From positions 186,001 to 250,000 of the forward strand of contig PS015009.1 of assembly GCA_048213135.1 (NCBI GenBank): a DNA stretch of 64,000 bases, given 5' to 3'. The stretch comes from Reclinomonas americana ATCC 50394 (lineage: Eukaryota). Below the pieces are notes generated by a model. That model had not been told where the DNA came from. It ran no database searches and saw nothing but the letters and a program-made list of their open reading frames with translations. Below are positions 1-10,617 of this stretch, piece after piece. Within the stretch, counting starts at the first letter, position 1. Every line of letters starts with the position of its first letter. The translations under genes were made by a program, and so were the position numbers.

Positions 1-980
1 AAATCGTTTTCCAGTTGTGTAAGTTCATTGGCACTGGTCGTGTTCACATCAAAAATATACAACACCACATCGGCCGACTGCATTTTTTCGCGGCTGCGTT
101 CAATACCAATATTTTCGACCACATCGGTGCTGTGATCGCGTATGCCTGCTGTATCGATAATGCGAAAAAGAATACCATTGATGTTGAGCATTTCTTCAAT
201 GGTATCGCGGGTAGTACCGGCGATCTCACTCACAATAGCCCGTTCCTCATTCAGCAATGTATTGAGCAGTGTACTCTTGCCGGCATTGGGACGTCCAATA
301 ATGGCGACGCTCACACCATTCCGGATCACATTGCCCAGCCTGAAGGAATCGATGAGCTGCCGGGTGGAAAGCATGGCTGATTCAATCAATTCATAGAATT
401 TTTTCCTGTCGGCAAACTCCACATCTTCTTCACTGAAATCGAGCTCCAGTTCTATCAGGGCGGCAAACTGCACCAGGTTCTCCCGCAGGGTTTTGAGTAC
501 TTCACTGAATCCTCCCCGCACATTATGCAGGGCCGTACGTTGCGAAGCAGAGCTGTTGGAAGCGATCAGATCGGCCACCGCTTCTGCCTGGGTAAGATCC
601 AGCTTACCATTGAGGAATGCCCTTTGTGTAAATTCTCCCGGGCGTGCCATGCGTGCACCGTTACGGATACAGGCCTGCAACACCTGCTGCAGCACGTATG
701 GGCTACCATGACAGCTGATCTCCACCACATCTTCCCCGGTGTAACTGCGGGGATTTTTATAAAGGGAAACAACGGCTTCATCAATGTCCTTTCCCTCATC
801 GGTTATTAAACCCACATGCAGGGTATGACTGGCCTGGCCGGTAAGATCTTTGGAAGGAAAAATAGCATTGGCGATATCAATCGCCTTTTGTCCGCTCAGC
901 CTGATGACCCCGATGGCACCAATACCCGCAGGGGTAACAGGCGCAACAATGGTATCATCCCAACCAGAGAGTTTATTCAT
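1..980 (-). CDS. mnmE: tRNA modification GTPase MnmE/TrmE (C-terminus runs off the window)
   Basis: Manual minus-strand translation from ATG at 980: MNKLSGWDDTIVAPVTPAGIGA..SYTGEDVVEISCHGS..GEFTQRAFLNGKLDLTQAEAVADLI..GRPNAGKSTLLN..GTTRD..DTAGIR. Not in the ORF track because it has no stop inside the window. Confidence 0.95.
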   Translation of the reverse strand, partial: MNKLSGWDDTIVAPVTPAGIGAIGVIRLSGQKAIDIANAIFPSKDLTGQASHTLHVGLITDEGKDIDEAVVSLYKNPRSYTGEDVVEISCHGSPYVLQQVLQACIRNGARMARPGEFTQRAFLNGKLDLTQAEAVADLIASNSSASQRTALHNVRGGFSEVLKTLRENLVQFAALIELELDFSEEDVEFADRKKFYELIESAMLSTRQLIDSFRLGNVIRNGVSVAIIGRPNAGKSTLLNTLLNEERAIVSEIAGTTRDTIEEMLNINGILFRIIDTAGIRDHSTDVVENIGIERSREKMQSADVVLYIFDVNTTSANELTQLEND

Positions 981-1040
981 GCTGCAAAGATAAACGGCAT
1001 TCGGTAAACGACAGCGGGCAATTGGAAACCCCTGCCACCA

Positions 1041-1568
1041 TCAGTACCCAGATTTTTTAAGGAGCCGTTTATCTTCTTCATTGACATCGTCGATAAAATA
1101 GTGGCGAACTCCAGTAATGGCCACCTCATCCAGTATGTCGATGAAATTTTTATAGGAAGATGCTACGGAGGGTTTGATGATGAGTACCATATCCCCGGCG
1201 CTGCCTCTTGCTACGCGTACGGCTTCTTTTTTCTTTTGCAGCAGGTCGCGGAGTTGCGGCCCGGTAAATGAAATGGATTTAACCTGCGGGTCCTGCTCCG
1301 GCATACCTTCATAATAGCGGATGGTATTGCCTTCATCGGGAATGACGGTGATCACGCAGGAGTTACAAACTTCTGTTGTGATCTTTGACTCCAGTGGTAC
1401 ATGTATATCCATCACTTTAGGTTTTGCCATGGTGGTGGTAAATACAAAAAAAGTGATGAGCAGGAAACCCAGGTCAACCATTGGGGTAAGGTCAACCCGT
1501 GTACTCTTTTTAATGAGCCGTTTGTTTCCTTTCTGTTTGATTGCGGATGTTGCGGATATTTCTGCCAT
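1041..1568 (-). CDS. exbD: ExbD/TolR family biopolymer transport protein
   Basis: RVDLTPMVDLGFLLITFFVFTTT transmembrane motif. Confidence 0.9.
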   Translation of the reverse strand: MAEISATSAIKQKGNKRLIKKSTRVDLTPMVDLGFLLITFFVFTTTMAKPKVMDIHVPLESKITTEVCNSCVITVIPDEGNTIRYYEGMPEQDPQVKSISFTGPQLRDLLQKKKEAVRVARGSAGDMVLIIKPSVASSYKNFIDILDEVAITGVRHYFIDDVNEEDKRLLKKSGY

Positions 1569-1616
1569 AACCTGTGACTGAAAAATGAAGAAATAAAAAG
1601 TGAAGGTGCAAATAGA

Positions 1617-1646
1617 TCATCATCCCGGTTATGCCCGGGATGATGA
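1617..1646. terminator. Inverted-repeat hairpin downstream of tonB (terminator or mRNA-processing stem)
   Basis: TCATCATCCCGG / CCGGGATGATGA inverted repeat; no strong U-tract. Confidence 0.45.
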
Positions 1647-1654
1647 CATTCTAT

Positions 1655-2482
1655 CTACTGTGCTTCTACCTGGAAGGTAATGGGCTGGCGCCTGTAAGCA
1701 TTTACATGCTGACCGTTCTGTAAGGCAGGTGTCCAGTTTTTTGTTTTTTTGATCACCCGCAGCGCTTCCTGGCACATGCCAAAGCCCGGGTCATTTTCAC
1801 AAATGATATCGCTGAGGCTGCCGTCTTTGCTTACCACGAACTTGATGGTAACGGTATATAAGCCTGGCTCTGCGCCATTGTCTGCCGGAATATTGGCATT
1901 CAGATTTTTCCGGAGGTAATTGCCCCAGGCTCCTTCTCCGCCCGGAAATTCAGCTTCCTTTTCTACTTTCAAAAATATCTTGTTCTCATCATCGGCCACT
2001 TTCACATCGGCCACCTGTGTGTTCTTGTCTTCAATGGGCGCCTGTACTATCGGTTCTTTATTGTCGCTGACTACTGTTTTGGCGCTGATCAGCTGATCGT
2101 CTTTAATGTCCTGTATCTGGTCTTCCGGTTTTACATCTTCGTCCTTCATAATTTTCGGCGGGGTAAATTTCACCTGGTTCATTTCAGGTGGCGGTGTAGG
2201 CTTGGGTTTTGGCGGAGGCACTACAGGTGGCGGAGGCATTTCTTTTTTGAGCTCTGCCATTCGTGTGTCAAGCAGGTCGGGCCCTGTACCGCTTTTCCTT
2301 TTGAAATTGTTCGCGAAAAGAGAAGTAAAAAAAACGAGCACACCTAATGTTGCGGTGAGCAGTAAAGATTTGGTAAGCCGCCTGTTGTAGGTCTTACGCA
2401 GATCATAAGCGCCATACTGCTTATTCCTTCCATCGAATACAATGTCGAGGATGTGGGAGCTGAGTATTTTGTTGGTATCCAT
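1655..2482 (-). CDS. tonB: Energy transducer TonB (paralog 2 of the tandem pair)
   Basis: N-terminal LDIVFDGRNKQYGAYDLRK, TM helix, Pro-rich linker, C-terminal EFPGG..FVVSKDGS..WTPA domain. Confidence 0.9.
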   Translation of the reverse strand: MDTNKILSSHILDIVFDGRNKQYGAYDLRKTYNRRLTKSLLLTATLGVLVFFTSLFANNFKRKSGTGPDLLDTRMAELKKEMPPPPVVPPPKPKPTPPPEMNQVKFTPPKIMKDEDVKPEDQIQDIKDDQLISAKTVVSDNKEPIVQAPIEDKNTQVADVKVADDENKIFLKVEKEAEFPGGEGAWGNYLRKNLNANIPADNGAEPGLYTVTIKFVVSKDGSLSDIICENDPGFGMCQEALRVIKKTKNWTPALQNGQHVNAYRRQPITFQVEAQ

Positions 2483-2656
2483 AAAATGATTTTCTAATCA
2501 GATACAAACTGAAAATGTTTCCATAAAAAATTATTCAGCAGGTAATTCAAAAAAGATCCCGCTGGCAGCGGGATAAAAAAATAATTCATTGCTTCATGTT
2601 ATGCTGCAATATCACTGCAACAATATTCCATATTACATCTTCAAAATAAAATGCAA

Positions 2657-2692
2657 TAAAAAAGTCCCGGCGAAAATTCACCGGAACTTTTA
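2657..2692 (-). terminator. Rho-independent terminator after tonB paralog 1
   Basis: AAAAAAGTCCCGG-CGAAAATTCA-CCGGAACTTTT hairpin with flanking A/T tracts. Confidence 0.6.
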
Positions 2693-2713
2693 TTAATTGA
2701 CGAGGGTCGTTTA

Positions 2714-3544
2714 CTATTGTGCTTCTACCTGGAAGGTAATGGGCTGACGCCTGTAAGCGTTCACATTACGTCCGTTCTGGATAGCGGGTGTCCAGTTTTT
2801 TGTTTTCTTGATCACCCTTACGGCTTCCTGGCACATACCGAAACCGGGATCGTTTTCGCAGTTCACATCACTTAAGCTACCGTCTTTACTTACTACGAAT
2901 TTTACGATTACGGTGTAGGTACCTTCACCGGCTCCGTTATCAACAGGAACGTTACCGTTCAGTGTTTTCTGGAGATAGTTCCTCCAGGCAGCTTCACCAC
3001 CAGGGAAGGCGGCTTCTACTTCCACTTTGTTGAAGATCTTATTCTCATCATCGGCTTCTTTTACAACAGCCACCTGGGTTCCTTTATCTTCAACGGGTGC
3101 CTGAACGATCTGTTCTTTGTTTTCGCTTTCCACCGTTTTGGTGCTGATCACCTGGTCTTCCTTGATCTCTTCGATCTTTTCTTCAGGTTTCACTTCCTCA
3201 TCTTTTACGATTTTAGGAGGTGTAAATTTCACCTGGTTGATCTCGGGTGGTGGTGGCGCTTTTGGTGGTGGCGGTGGTGGTGGCGCCGGTGGCGGAGGTG
3301 TTTCTTTTTTGAGCTCAGCCATCTGCGTATCCAGCACATCCAGCTGGGTGTTCTCCTTCTTCTTGAACGCGTTCGCGAAAACGGTACTCAGGAAGATCAG
3401 GAGGGCCAGGGCCGCCGTTAATAACAGGGCTTTGGTAAGCCGCTTGTTATAGGTTTTCCTTAAGTCATAAGCGCCGTACTGCTTGTTCCTGCCTTCAAAC
3501 AGGATATCAAGGATGTCGGAGCTTAATATTTTGTTTATATCCAT
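2714..3544 (-). CDS. tonB: Energy transducer TonB (paralog 1 of the tandem pair)
   Basis: Same architecture as 1655-2482, with a poly-Pro linker. Confidence 0.9.
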   Translation of the reverse strand: MDINKILSSDILDILFEGRNKQYGAYDLRKTYNKRLTKALLLTAALALLIFLSTVFANAFKKKENTQLDVLDTQMAELKKETPPPPAPPPPPPPKAPPPPEINQVKFTPPKIVKDEEVKPEEKIEEIKEDQVISTKTVESENKEQIVQAPVEDKGTQVAVVKEADDENKIFNKVEVEAAFPGGEAAWRNYLQKTLNGNVPVDNGAGEGTYTVIVKFVVSKDGSLSDVNCENDPGFGMCQEAVRVIKKTKNWTPAIQNGRNVNAYRRQPITFQVEAQ

Positions 3545-3593
3545 TGTAATGCTTGTTATTAATTAGATTCAAAAATGGGCCAATTCCATAAAC

Positions 3594-4142
3594 TTATTTG
3601 ATGCCGTTGGCGTCTTCTGTCATTTTGATCAGTTGAGACTCTGTATCAGTGATATCCACTTCGGCATAGTGGCCGGGCGGCACTGCACATATCTGCATCT
3701 CGTCGAGAATATCGATGGCATTTTTAAACGTACTTTCCTTATCGGCTTTGATGATGTACATCAGGTCGCCGATAGGAACAGCGTTCTTTTTATCTAAAAT
3801 AACCTGGCGGATGTCCTTGAAATTGGTGCTTTTGAACTGCTGTGAGGCGCCTTCCGCGGTCAATTCGCCCATGTAATAATATACCTGGTCTCCTTTACCG
3901 AGAAGGATGGTCATAGCACCTGAGTTCTTAACCTTCAACTGATTATTCGGATCATCCTTGGGTTCATTCATGTTCATCGCCGTGGGTTTACTCATAGTGG
4001 TAGTAAACACGAAGAAGGTGATGAGCAGAAATCCCAGATCCACCATTGGGGTGAGATCCACCCTGGTAGATAATTTTTTGGGCTTCTTGACGCCGGGGCC
4101 TTTCTTATGTCCGCCACCCGACGAGGTATCCATTTCTGCCAT
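3594..4142 (-). CDS. exbD: ExbD/TolR family protein
   Basis: STRVDLTPMVDLGFLLITFF motif. Confidence 0.9.
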   Translation of the reverse strand: MAEMDTSSGGGHKKGPGVKKPKKLSTRVDLTPMVDLGFLLITFFVFTTTMSKPTAMNMNEPKDDPNNQLKVKNSGAMTILLGKGDQVYYYMGELTAEGASQQFKSTNFKDIRQVILDKKNAVPIGDLMYIIKADKESTFKNAIDILDEMQICAVPPGHYAEVDITDTESQLIKMTEDANGIK

Positions 4143-4179
4143 AAAAAATATTTTTTCTTTTAATTATAGAATACTGTTA

Positions 4180-4842
4180 CTAACCGCCTGAACCGCCTTT
4201 CTGGTTGGCCTTGTACAATTCGGATCCAACAGGAACGGTTTCGCTGTTGGTAACGATCCTGAATTTGTAGAGGGCGTTCTTTTTGAAAGCGTACTTGATG
4301 TTCTTGAAGGCAGGATACTTGGCCAGGTTATCACCCTTGATCAGTATCTTTTCTTCCAGGTCACGCTGGTTACCGCCGGCATAGGCATTGGTGATGCTGC
4401 GCATCCAGTCTACCAGTTCATTGTTGGTACTGTCCTGGATGGGAATACCGGGCAGGCGTGCGGCCGAGATCTCTTCAGGTGAATTCACTACGCCCTTGAT
4501 CATATTGAGGGGCATACCGATCACACTCATTTTACCGAGTTTTCTCAGTTCGGCGTCAGATAATCCCAGTTGCCTGGTCGTATTCAGGTCGCTTAATATT
4601 TCTGCTTTTTTTGTATCCTCTCCCAGCATCAGGTAAACTTTACCTTCTTTGGTGAGGGTAATCAGTATCGATTTTTCGGGAGCTGCCTTAGATGATACTG
4701 AAGTAGGCGCCACCACCGCTACGGCCTCCGGCGGTTTCTGCTTGGTAGCCAATATAAAGAACGAGAGCAGCAGGAATGCGACGTCGCACATTGCCGTCAT
4801 GTCTATATTGGTACTCTTACGGGGTATTTTCGCTCTTCCCAT
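4180..4842 (-). CDS. exbD: ExbD/TolR family protein
   Basis: IDMTAMCDVAFLLLSFFILAT motif; lies directly after exbB. Confidence 0.9.
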   Translation of the reverse strand: MGRAKIPRKSTNIDMTAMCDVAFLLLSFFILATKQKPPEAVAVVAPTSVSSKAAPEKSILITLTKEGKVYLMLGEDTKKAEILSDLNTTRQLGLSDAELRKLGKMSVIGMPLNMIKGVVNSPEEISAARLPGIPIQDSTNNELVDWMRSITNAYAGGNQRDLEEKILIKGDNLAKYPAFKNIKYAFKKNALYKFRIVTNSETVPVGSELYKANQKGGSGG

Positions 4843-4895
4843 TTTATGCGTTTTATTTACTGTTATAGATGCAATACCAGGTCAAATCCATACAA

Positions 4896-5753
4896 TTACT
4901 TGTACAGGGAAGCAAAACTTTGTGTTAAAGTAAAGCCGCTTTCGTCGATACCATAAGTAATGCCATCTATTTTGGTAGTAAACATGTTATAGAAAATGAT
5001 CGCGAAGGCTGAAGTACCGATACCCAGAGCGGTATTGTACAGGGCCTCGGAGATACCTACTGACAGTTTAGAAGCCGCATCGCCACCGCCTTCACCTTCA
5101 CCGAGAGCAGAGAAGGAACGGATCATACCCAATACGGTACCGAGCAGACCCAACAGGGTGGCTACTGAAGCGATAGTGGAAAGGAATACCAGGTTCTTTT
5201 CCAGCATAGGCAGTTCGAGAGAAGTAGCTTCTTCCACTTCTTTCTGAATAGCCAGTACTTTCTGGTCGGTAGACAGTTCAGTATTGTTGATCATTTCTTT
5301 ATAGCGGTGCAGGCCTGCTTTCATTACATTGCCTACGCTGCCTTTTTGTTTGTCGCATTCTGCCAGGGCAGCATCAACATTTTTATTGGCAAGGTGAAAT
5401 TGTACTTTGCGGATGAAATCAGCGTTGCTGCCTGTTCCGGTGGCTTTGCCGATGGTGAGGAAACGTTCGATAACGAATGTAAGCATGGTCAGGAAAGTTC
5501 CGATCAGGATAGGTACGATGATACCACCCAGGTACATTTTGTTCAGGGCATTTTTAGGGCCATCATGGTTAGGCCAGAACCATCCTTGTCCTGGTTTAGT
5601 GAAGCCGGAAGGGTCGCCAAGGAGGAATCTCCAGATGATATAACCTGCTATTATACAGATTACAGGTGCCAGAATAGAGATGGCATTGCTTGATTTTTTT
5701 ACCTGTACGGAGGTTGTTGGTTTTACGGCTGCAGTCGGTTTTGTTTCTGCCAT
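4896..5753 (-). CDS. exbB: MotA/TolQ/ExbB proton channel protein
   Basis: STIASVATLLGLLGTVLGMIRSF..GISEALYNTALG; start taken at MAETKP. Confidence 0.92.
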   Translation of the reverse strand: MAETKPTAAVKPTTSVQVKKSSNAISILAPVICIIAGYIIWRFLLGDPSGFTKPGQGWFWPNHDGPKNALNKMYLGGIIVPILIGTFLTMLTFVIERFLTIGKATGTGSNADFIRKVQFHLANKNVDAALAECDKQKGSVGNVMKAGLHRYKEMINNTELSTDQKVLAIQKEVEEATSLELPMLEKNLVFLSTIASVATLLGLLGTVLGMIRSFSALGEGEGGGDAASKLSVGISEALYNTALGIGTSAFAIIFYNMFTTKIDGITYGIDESGFTLTQSFASLYK

Positions 5754-6036
5754 GACATTCAAATTTTAGTTAGTGAAAGGTGTAATTAAATTTTGTTTAA
5801 AGATTAGTTGAAAAGTCTACAGAAAAATATATTTCAGCAATCATTTTTTGTAGATTCCATGCTTATGTGAACACACAAGTTAATAAAATAATTGAAAGCA
5901 ACAACTTGCCCTATAATTTTTTTTGGTTATTTTTTGAACGATGCATAAACATCGTTTTTACATAAAAAAAACTAATATCATTTTTATATTATCTCCGCCC
6001 GTAATCTGCCCCGGCACTGGGTATCCGGCTCCCCAC

Positions 6037-7317
6037 CTATTCATACCGCAATGCCACGATCGGGTCCAGTTTCGCCGCCTTATATGCAGGATATAACCCG
6101 GCCGCCAACCCCACCCCTGAACACACAAGTATACCCCCGATGATCCATTCCCACAGCAACACAATTCCCGATTGCAGGAAGATGGCAATGATGTTCCCAA
6201 GCAGTATACCAACAAGTATTCCAACCACCGCTCCCATCAGGCTGATGAGTATCGACTCCCACAGGAACTGGTTACGGATATCTTTTTGCCTGCCACCCAG
6301 TGCTTTGATAAGCCCGATCTCCTTAGTGCGTTCATTCACAGCCACTAACATAATGTTCATCAGCCCAATAGACGATGCCAGCAGCGTAATGAGCGCCACA
6401 CCTATGATCCCTGTTTCCAGGAACCCCAGGTTATTGATGAACGCTTCGGCAATACTGTCGCTTTTATCTATGTAAAAATTGTCCTCGTCCTTTACATCCA
6501 GTTTCCTGATGGGCCGGAAAGTACCTTTCGCCTCCCCGATGGCGGCCTCCATCAGTTTAAGATCACTTACCATCACCCCTACATTGAAGGAGGAGTTGCT
6601 GGTGGGGTACAGCCGGCGGATATTATTATAAGATGTAAGTATGATTTTCCCGGTATTGAAGAAGGCGCTGGAACCCTTGTCTTCCAGCACACCAAGCACC
6701 CGGTAGGGAATATGATCGACACTCACCACCTTATCAACGGCTTTGGCCACATTGTCGGGGTACAATTTCTGCGCCACGGTACTGCCAAGCAGGCATACAT
6801 TGCGGCCGGTTTCCACATCGGTCGGACTCATGTTACGTCCATATGCGATCTTATAACCATTGAGTTCGAGGTAGTTCTCATCGCCGCCCAGTACATTGAT
6901 ATCGGGATTGGTCTTTTTCCTGTCGTTGTTCACCACGATACCACCGCCACCGCGTATGGCCAGGCTCACTTTCGCCGGGAACGGGTATCGCTCCTTGAAA
7001 GCTTTGGCTTCTTCGTAAGTGATGATCCTGCCTGTATTGGACTTTCTTGTGCGCAGCGATGACTTGCTTACTTTATTGGAGCTGCTCTGCCTGCCGCCAC
7101 CGATACGTATGTTGCGCTCCTTAAAACGCAGGCTGAAGGCATTGGCGCCCATGGTGGAAAAACTGGAGGTCAGACTTACATTGGCAGCTTTAAGAACCGT
7201 GAGGAACCAGATAAGGGCACATATCCCCAGCGCGATGATCGCGACGGTAATAGCGGTCCGCAACTTGTTGCCGACAATATTCCGCATTGAAAGTGAGATG
7301 GTATCCTTGAATGTCAT
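6037..7317 (-). CDS. MacB/FtsX-like ABC transporter permease
   Basis: NKLRTAIT..; GLMNIMLVAVNERTKEIGLIKALG; YPAYKAAKLDPIVALRYE. Confidence 0.9.
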   Translation of the reverse strand: MTFKDTISLSMRNIVGNKLRTAITVAIIALGICALIWFLTVLKAANVSLTSSFSTMGANAFSLRFKERNIRIGGGRQSSSNKVSKSSLRTRKSNTGRIITYEEAKAFKERYPFPAKVSLAIRGGGGIVVNNDRKKTNPDINVLGGDENYLELNGYKIAYGRNMSPTDVETGRNVCLLGSTVAQKLYPDNVAKAVDKVVSVDHIPYRVLGVLEDKGSSAFFNTGKIILTSYNNIRRLYPTSNSSFNVGVMVSDLKLMEAAIGEAKGTFRPIRKLDVKDEDNFYIDKSDSIAEAFINNLGFLETGIIGVALITLLASSIGLMNIMLVAVNERTKEIGLIKALGGRQKDIRNQFLWESILISLMGAVVGILVGILLGNIIAIFLQSGIVLLWEWIIGGILVCSGVGLAAGLYPAYKAAKLDPIVALRYE

Positions 7318-7663
7318 TCCCTTGTCCGGTTAAAGTTAATCAGAGAAAATAGAAATTTCCCCGATTTTTTTTGAGCGGCAGGAACAGGTAAGCATTTATT
7401 ACCATTCATTGGCGGGCGGCCCGGGGCGCCGTCCCTTTTAAAACAGGCAAGAAATGGCGCATGGAACTGCTGTATCAAGGGTCATTCTTTTCATCCCGGA
7501 AAATATTTTCTATGGTCCGGAACAATAGCTGTACCCGGTTAAAATACCAATTGCGAAAGGGCGATGGCCAGGAAATGTTGCTGCCATTGCTTCGTATATA
7601 CTATAACGTTAGATGGCCATTATGCACGACTACATAGCATACATTCTGAAAGAGAAGCAGGAC

Positions 7664-9055
7664 TTAATAATACAACCAGTCGATAAGCATGTCGGGATTG
7701 ATGCCCAGCAGGATGATCAGCACCGCGGTCAGCAACAGCAACGCCTGGAAAGCCGGGCTTACCTTTTCTGTTACCCCGGTGTTTTCTCCGGGCTCTTTGA
7801 AGTACATCGCCTGGATAACGCGGAAATAATAATAGGCGCTGATGGCTGCGCAAAGCACGGCAAGGATCACCAGCCATATCTGCTGTCCATTCTTTACCGC
7901 GGCAAGCAGCATGAAGAACTTGGCCTGGAAACCCGCGGTCAGTGGTATACCGGTGAGGGATAATAAAAATATGGTAGCGGTAAGGGCGAGTACAGGTTCC
8001 TGTTTGGCGAGTCCATTGAATCCTTCGATGGTATAATCCTTCAGGCGGATGAGGATGGCAAACAGACCGATACTGGCCAGGCTGTAAGCGGCGGAATACA
8101 ATACCAAACCTTCCTTAGCCGTACTGTTCAGTGCAAATAACGCGAACAGCATGAAGCCGGCCTGCGCAATACTGGAATAAGCCAGCATACGTTTCACACT
8201 CTGCTGGAATACAGCGGTAAGGTTACCGATAAGCAACGTAACGGCAATAAGCACCACCACCAGTTTCTGCCACTGGTCATGCATAACGCCGAATGCATTT
8301 TCAAACAGGCGTACGAAAGCGAAGAAGGCCGCGATCTTTACAATGGTAGCCATGAAAGAGGTGAATACGGTGGGGGCTCCGTCGTATACATCCGGTGTCC
8401 AGAAATGGAAAGGAGCAGCGGATACTTTGAATGACATGGAGATCAGCAGCAGCAGCAGGCCGATGGTGATCATCACAGGCATATGTCCTGTTCCCAGGTC
8501 AATACGATTCACATAAAAAGATCCGGTGCTGTTGCCGCCATAAATGAACACAATACCCATGAGCATGATGCCGGTAGAGAAAGCGCCCATAAGAAAGTAC
8601 TTCAGTGCCGCTTCATTACTTTTTAAATTTCGCTTATCGCTTCCCGTTAGTATGTACAACGGAATGGAAATGATCTCGATACCCAGGAAAAGCATGAGCA
8701 GGGTATTGAAGGTAGCCGCGATGGCTACGCCGCAAAGTATAAAGAAGATAAGGGCGAAATATTCAGATACATTTGATCCCACTTTTTCAAAATCACGTCC
8801 GCTGAGCAGGAAAAACAGCAGCGTACAGGCAAATGCCACCACGATAAAAGTAAGGTTGAAGCTGTTGGTGTGCAGCATGTCCTTTACATCTATTTTGAAG
8901 AAAGATGCGCCGGTCTTCAGCTCTATGATGGTAGCCAGCAATGCAAGCGAAAGTCCGCCAATGGCGAGGTACTTCGGCAGGGTTTTGTTGCGGATGAATG
9001 CACCGCCCCACATCATGATCACTCCCCAGATTGCTGTTATTATTATTGCGTTCAT
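7664..9055 (-). CDS. nuoN: NADH-quinone oxidoreductase subunit N
   Basis: EAALKYFLMG, FKVSAAPFHFWTPDVYDGAP; last gene of the nuo operon. Confidence 0.95.
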   Translation of the reverse strand: MNAIIITAIWGVIMMWGGAFIRNKTLPKYLAIGGLSLALLATIIELKTGASFFKIDVKDMLHTNSFNLTFIVVAFACTLLFFLLSGRDFEKVGSNVSEYFALIFFILCGVAIAATFNTLLMLFLGIEIISIPLYILTGSDKRNLKSNEAALKYFLMGAFSTGIMLMGIVFIYGGNSTGSFYVNRIDLGTGHMPVMITIGLLLLLISMSFKVSAAPFHFWTPDVYDGAPTVFTSFMATIVKIAAFFAFVRLFENAFGVMHDQWQKLVVVLIAVTLLIGNLTAVFQQSVKRMLAYSSIAQAGFMLFALFALNSTAKEGLVLYSAAYSLASIGLFAILIRLKDYTIEGFNGLAKQEPVLALTATIFLLSLTGIPLTAGFQAKFFMLLAAVKNGQQIWLVILAVLCAAISAYYYFRVIQAMYFKEPGENTGVTEKVSPAFQALLLLTAVLIILLGINPDMLIDWLYY

Positions 9056-9118
9056 AATTCCTGATAAACTTTGGTTCTGCCGGCTGCCCGGGTATTTTTA
9101 TTTGTTCAGATCTTCTTG

Positions 9119-10609
9119 TTAGGGTAAGGGACGGAAGGCCGCCGTTACCGCTTTTACCGTATCGGTGGTAAGGTCAATTACCGGCTGCGGGTAAACTCCC
9201 GAAACCAGTATCAGTACCACCAGGAAAGCAAGCACCGCTTTTTGCCCGGTGCTGATGTCGGTTACCGCCGCTGTAACGGGGTTGGCATCGCCATAAAAAA
9301 CTTTCTGCACCATATTCAATGTATAAACTGCTGCCAGGATGATGCTGAGTCCTGCCACTGCAGTAAACACGATACTGTAACGGAACAGTCCGCTGAACAT
9401 CATGAACTCTCCTACGAAAGCATTGGTGAGCGGCAGGGCGATATTAGCCAGGGCGATCACCACCAGCAGTATGGTCAGCCCCGGCGCTTTGTGTGCCAGT
9501 CCGCCCAGTTCTGAAATTTTTCTTGTACCGGTCTTTTTCTCCACCAGGTCAACAACGATCCACATGGCGATGATGTTGATACCGTGTGCGAACATCTGTA
9601 TCATTACCCCCTGCAGACCAATGTCGTTCCTTACAAAAACGGCGGCACACATTAAACCAATGTGCGCTATGGAAGAATACGCAACAAAACGTTTAAGATC
9701 GTCCTGCCGTATGGCGATAAGACTGGCATAGATCATACCGATGACCGACAGGGCAATAACGAGATTGTCCCATTTGGCAACTGCCAGCGGGAACATAGGC
9801 AGCAACCAGCGAATAACCGCGAAAACACCCATCTTCACCATGATGCCACTCAGTACCATAGTTGTGGCTGTTGGTGATTGTTCGTACGCGTCGGGTTGCC
9901 AGGTATGAAAAGGAAATACCGGCATTTTTATGGCGAAGGCGATAAAGAAAAGGAAGAAAAGCCAGTTCTGGTCCGCGGCGGTCAACTGAACGGAATAGAA
10001 AGCCCTCATGGCAAAAGAGTGATCGGCTACACCGGTAGGTGGTGTGTGCAGGTAAATATAGATGATGCCCACCAGCATGAGCAGCGAACCCAGGAAGGTA
10101 TAGACAAAGAATTTAAAGGTAGCCTGTATCCTCCTCTCCCCTCCCCAGCGGCTGCAGAGGAAGTAAGCGGGAATCAGCGCCAGTTCCCAGAAGAAGTAGA
10201 ACAAAAGTACATCCATGGAAGTGAAAACGCCCATCAGACCGGCTTGTGTCAGCAGCATCAATCCATAGAAAGCATTGGCATTCTTGTATTCTGTTTTGTA
10301 GGTGGCCAGGAAAATAACCGGGAAGGCCAGCGCGGTAAGTGTGGTAAGCAAACGTCCCATACCATCGAGACCTACGGCAAAACTGCTGCCGAGGTATTGC
10401 AGCCATATGTAATTAAAACTTAACCCGCTCAGGTTCCTGTCATTGGCATAATAAATACCCGCGCCGGCAATGACAAGGGTGATCACAGAAGCCAGGATAG
10501 CCCAGGTTCTGGCTCCCTTATCGCTGGGAATAAAAAAGCTGACCAGTCCCGCCAGGAGCGGAAAAAAGATCAACAAATGCGGGATCGTAATACTGTTACC
10601 GAACATCAA
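9119..10609 (-). CDS. nuoM: NADH-quinone oxidoreductase subunit M
   Basis: FYFFWELALIP, AFAIKMPVFPFHTWQPDAY. Confidence 0.95.
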   Translation of the reverse strand: MMFGNSITIPHLLIFFPLLAGLVSFFIPSDKGARTWAILASVITLVIAGAGIYYANDRNLSGLSFNYIWLQYLGSSFAVGLDGMGRLLTTLTALAFPVIFLATYKTEYKNANAFYGLMLLTQAGLMGVFTSMDVLLFYFFWELALIPAYFLCSRWGGERRIQATFKFFVYTFLGSLLMLVGIIYIYLHTPPTGVADHSFAMRAFYSVQLTAADQNWLFFLFFIAFAIKMPVFPFHTWQPDAYEQSPTATTMVLSGIMVKMGVFAVIRWLLPMFPLAVAKWDNLVIALSVIGMIYASLIAIRQDDLKRFVAYSSIAHIGLMCAAVFVRNDIGLQGVMIQMFAHGINIIAMWIVVDLVEKKTGTRKISELGGLAHKAPGLTILLVVIALANIALPLTNAFVGEFMMFSGLFRYSIVFTAVAGLSIILAAVYTLNMVQKVFYGDANPVTAAVTDISTGQKAVLAFLVVLILVSGVYPQPVIDLTTDTVKAVTAAFRPLP

Positions 10610-10617
10610 AAAATATT

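Noticed and set aside
15-1007. Plus-strand ORFs at the window start
   Set aside because: Antisense to mnmE.
7330-7660. Possible riboswitch or ncRNA between nuoN and the ABC permease
   Set aside because: Only a short GC-rich patch; no recognisable RNA family motif.
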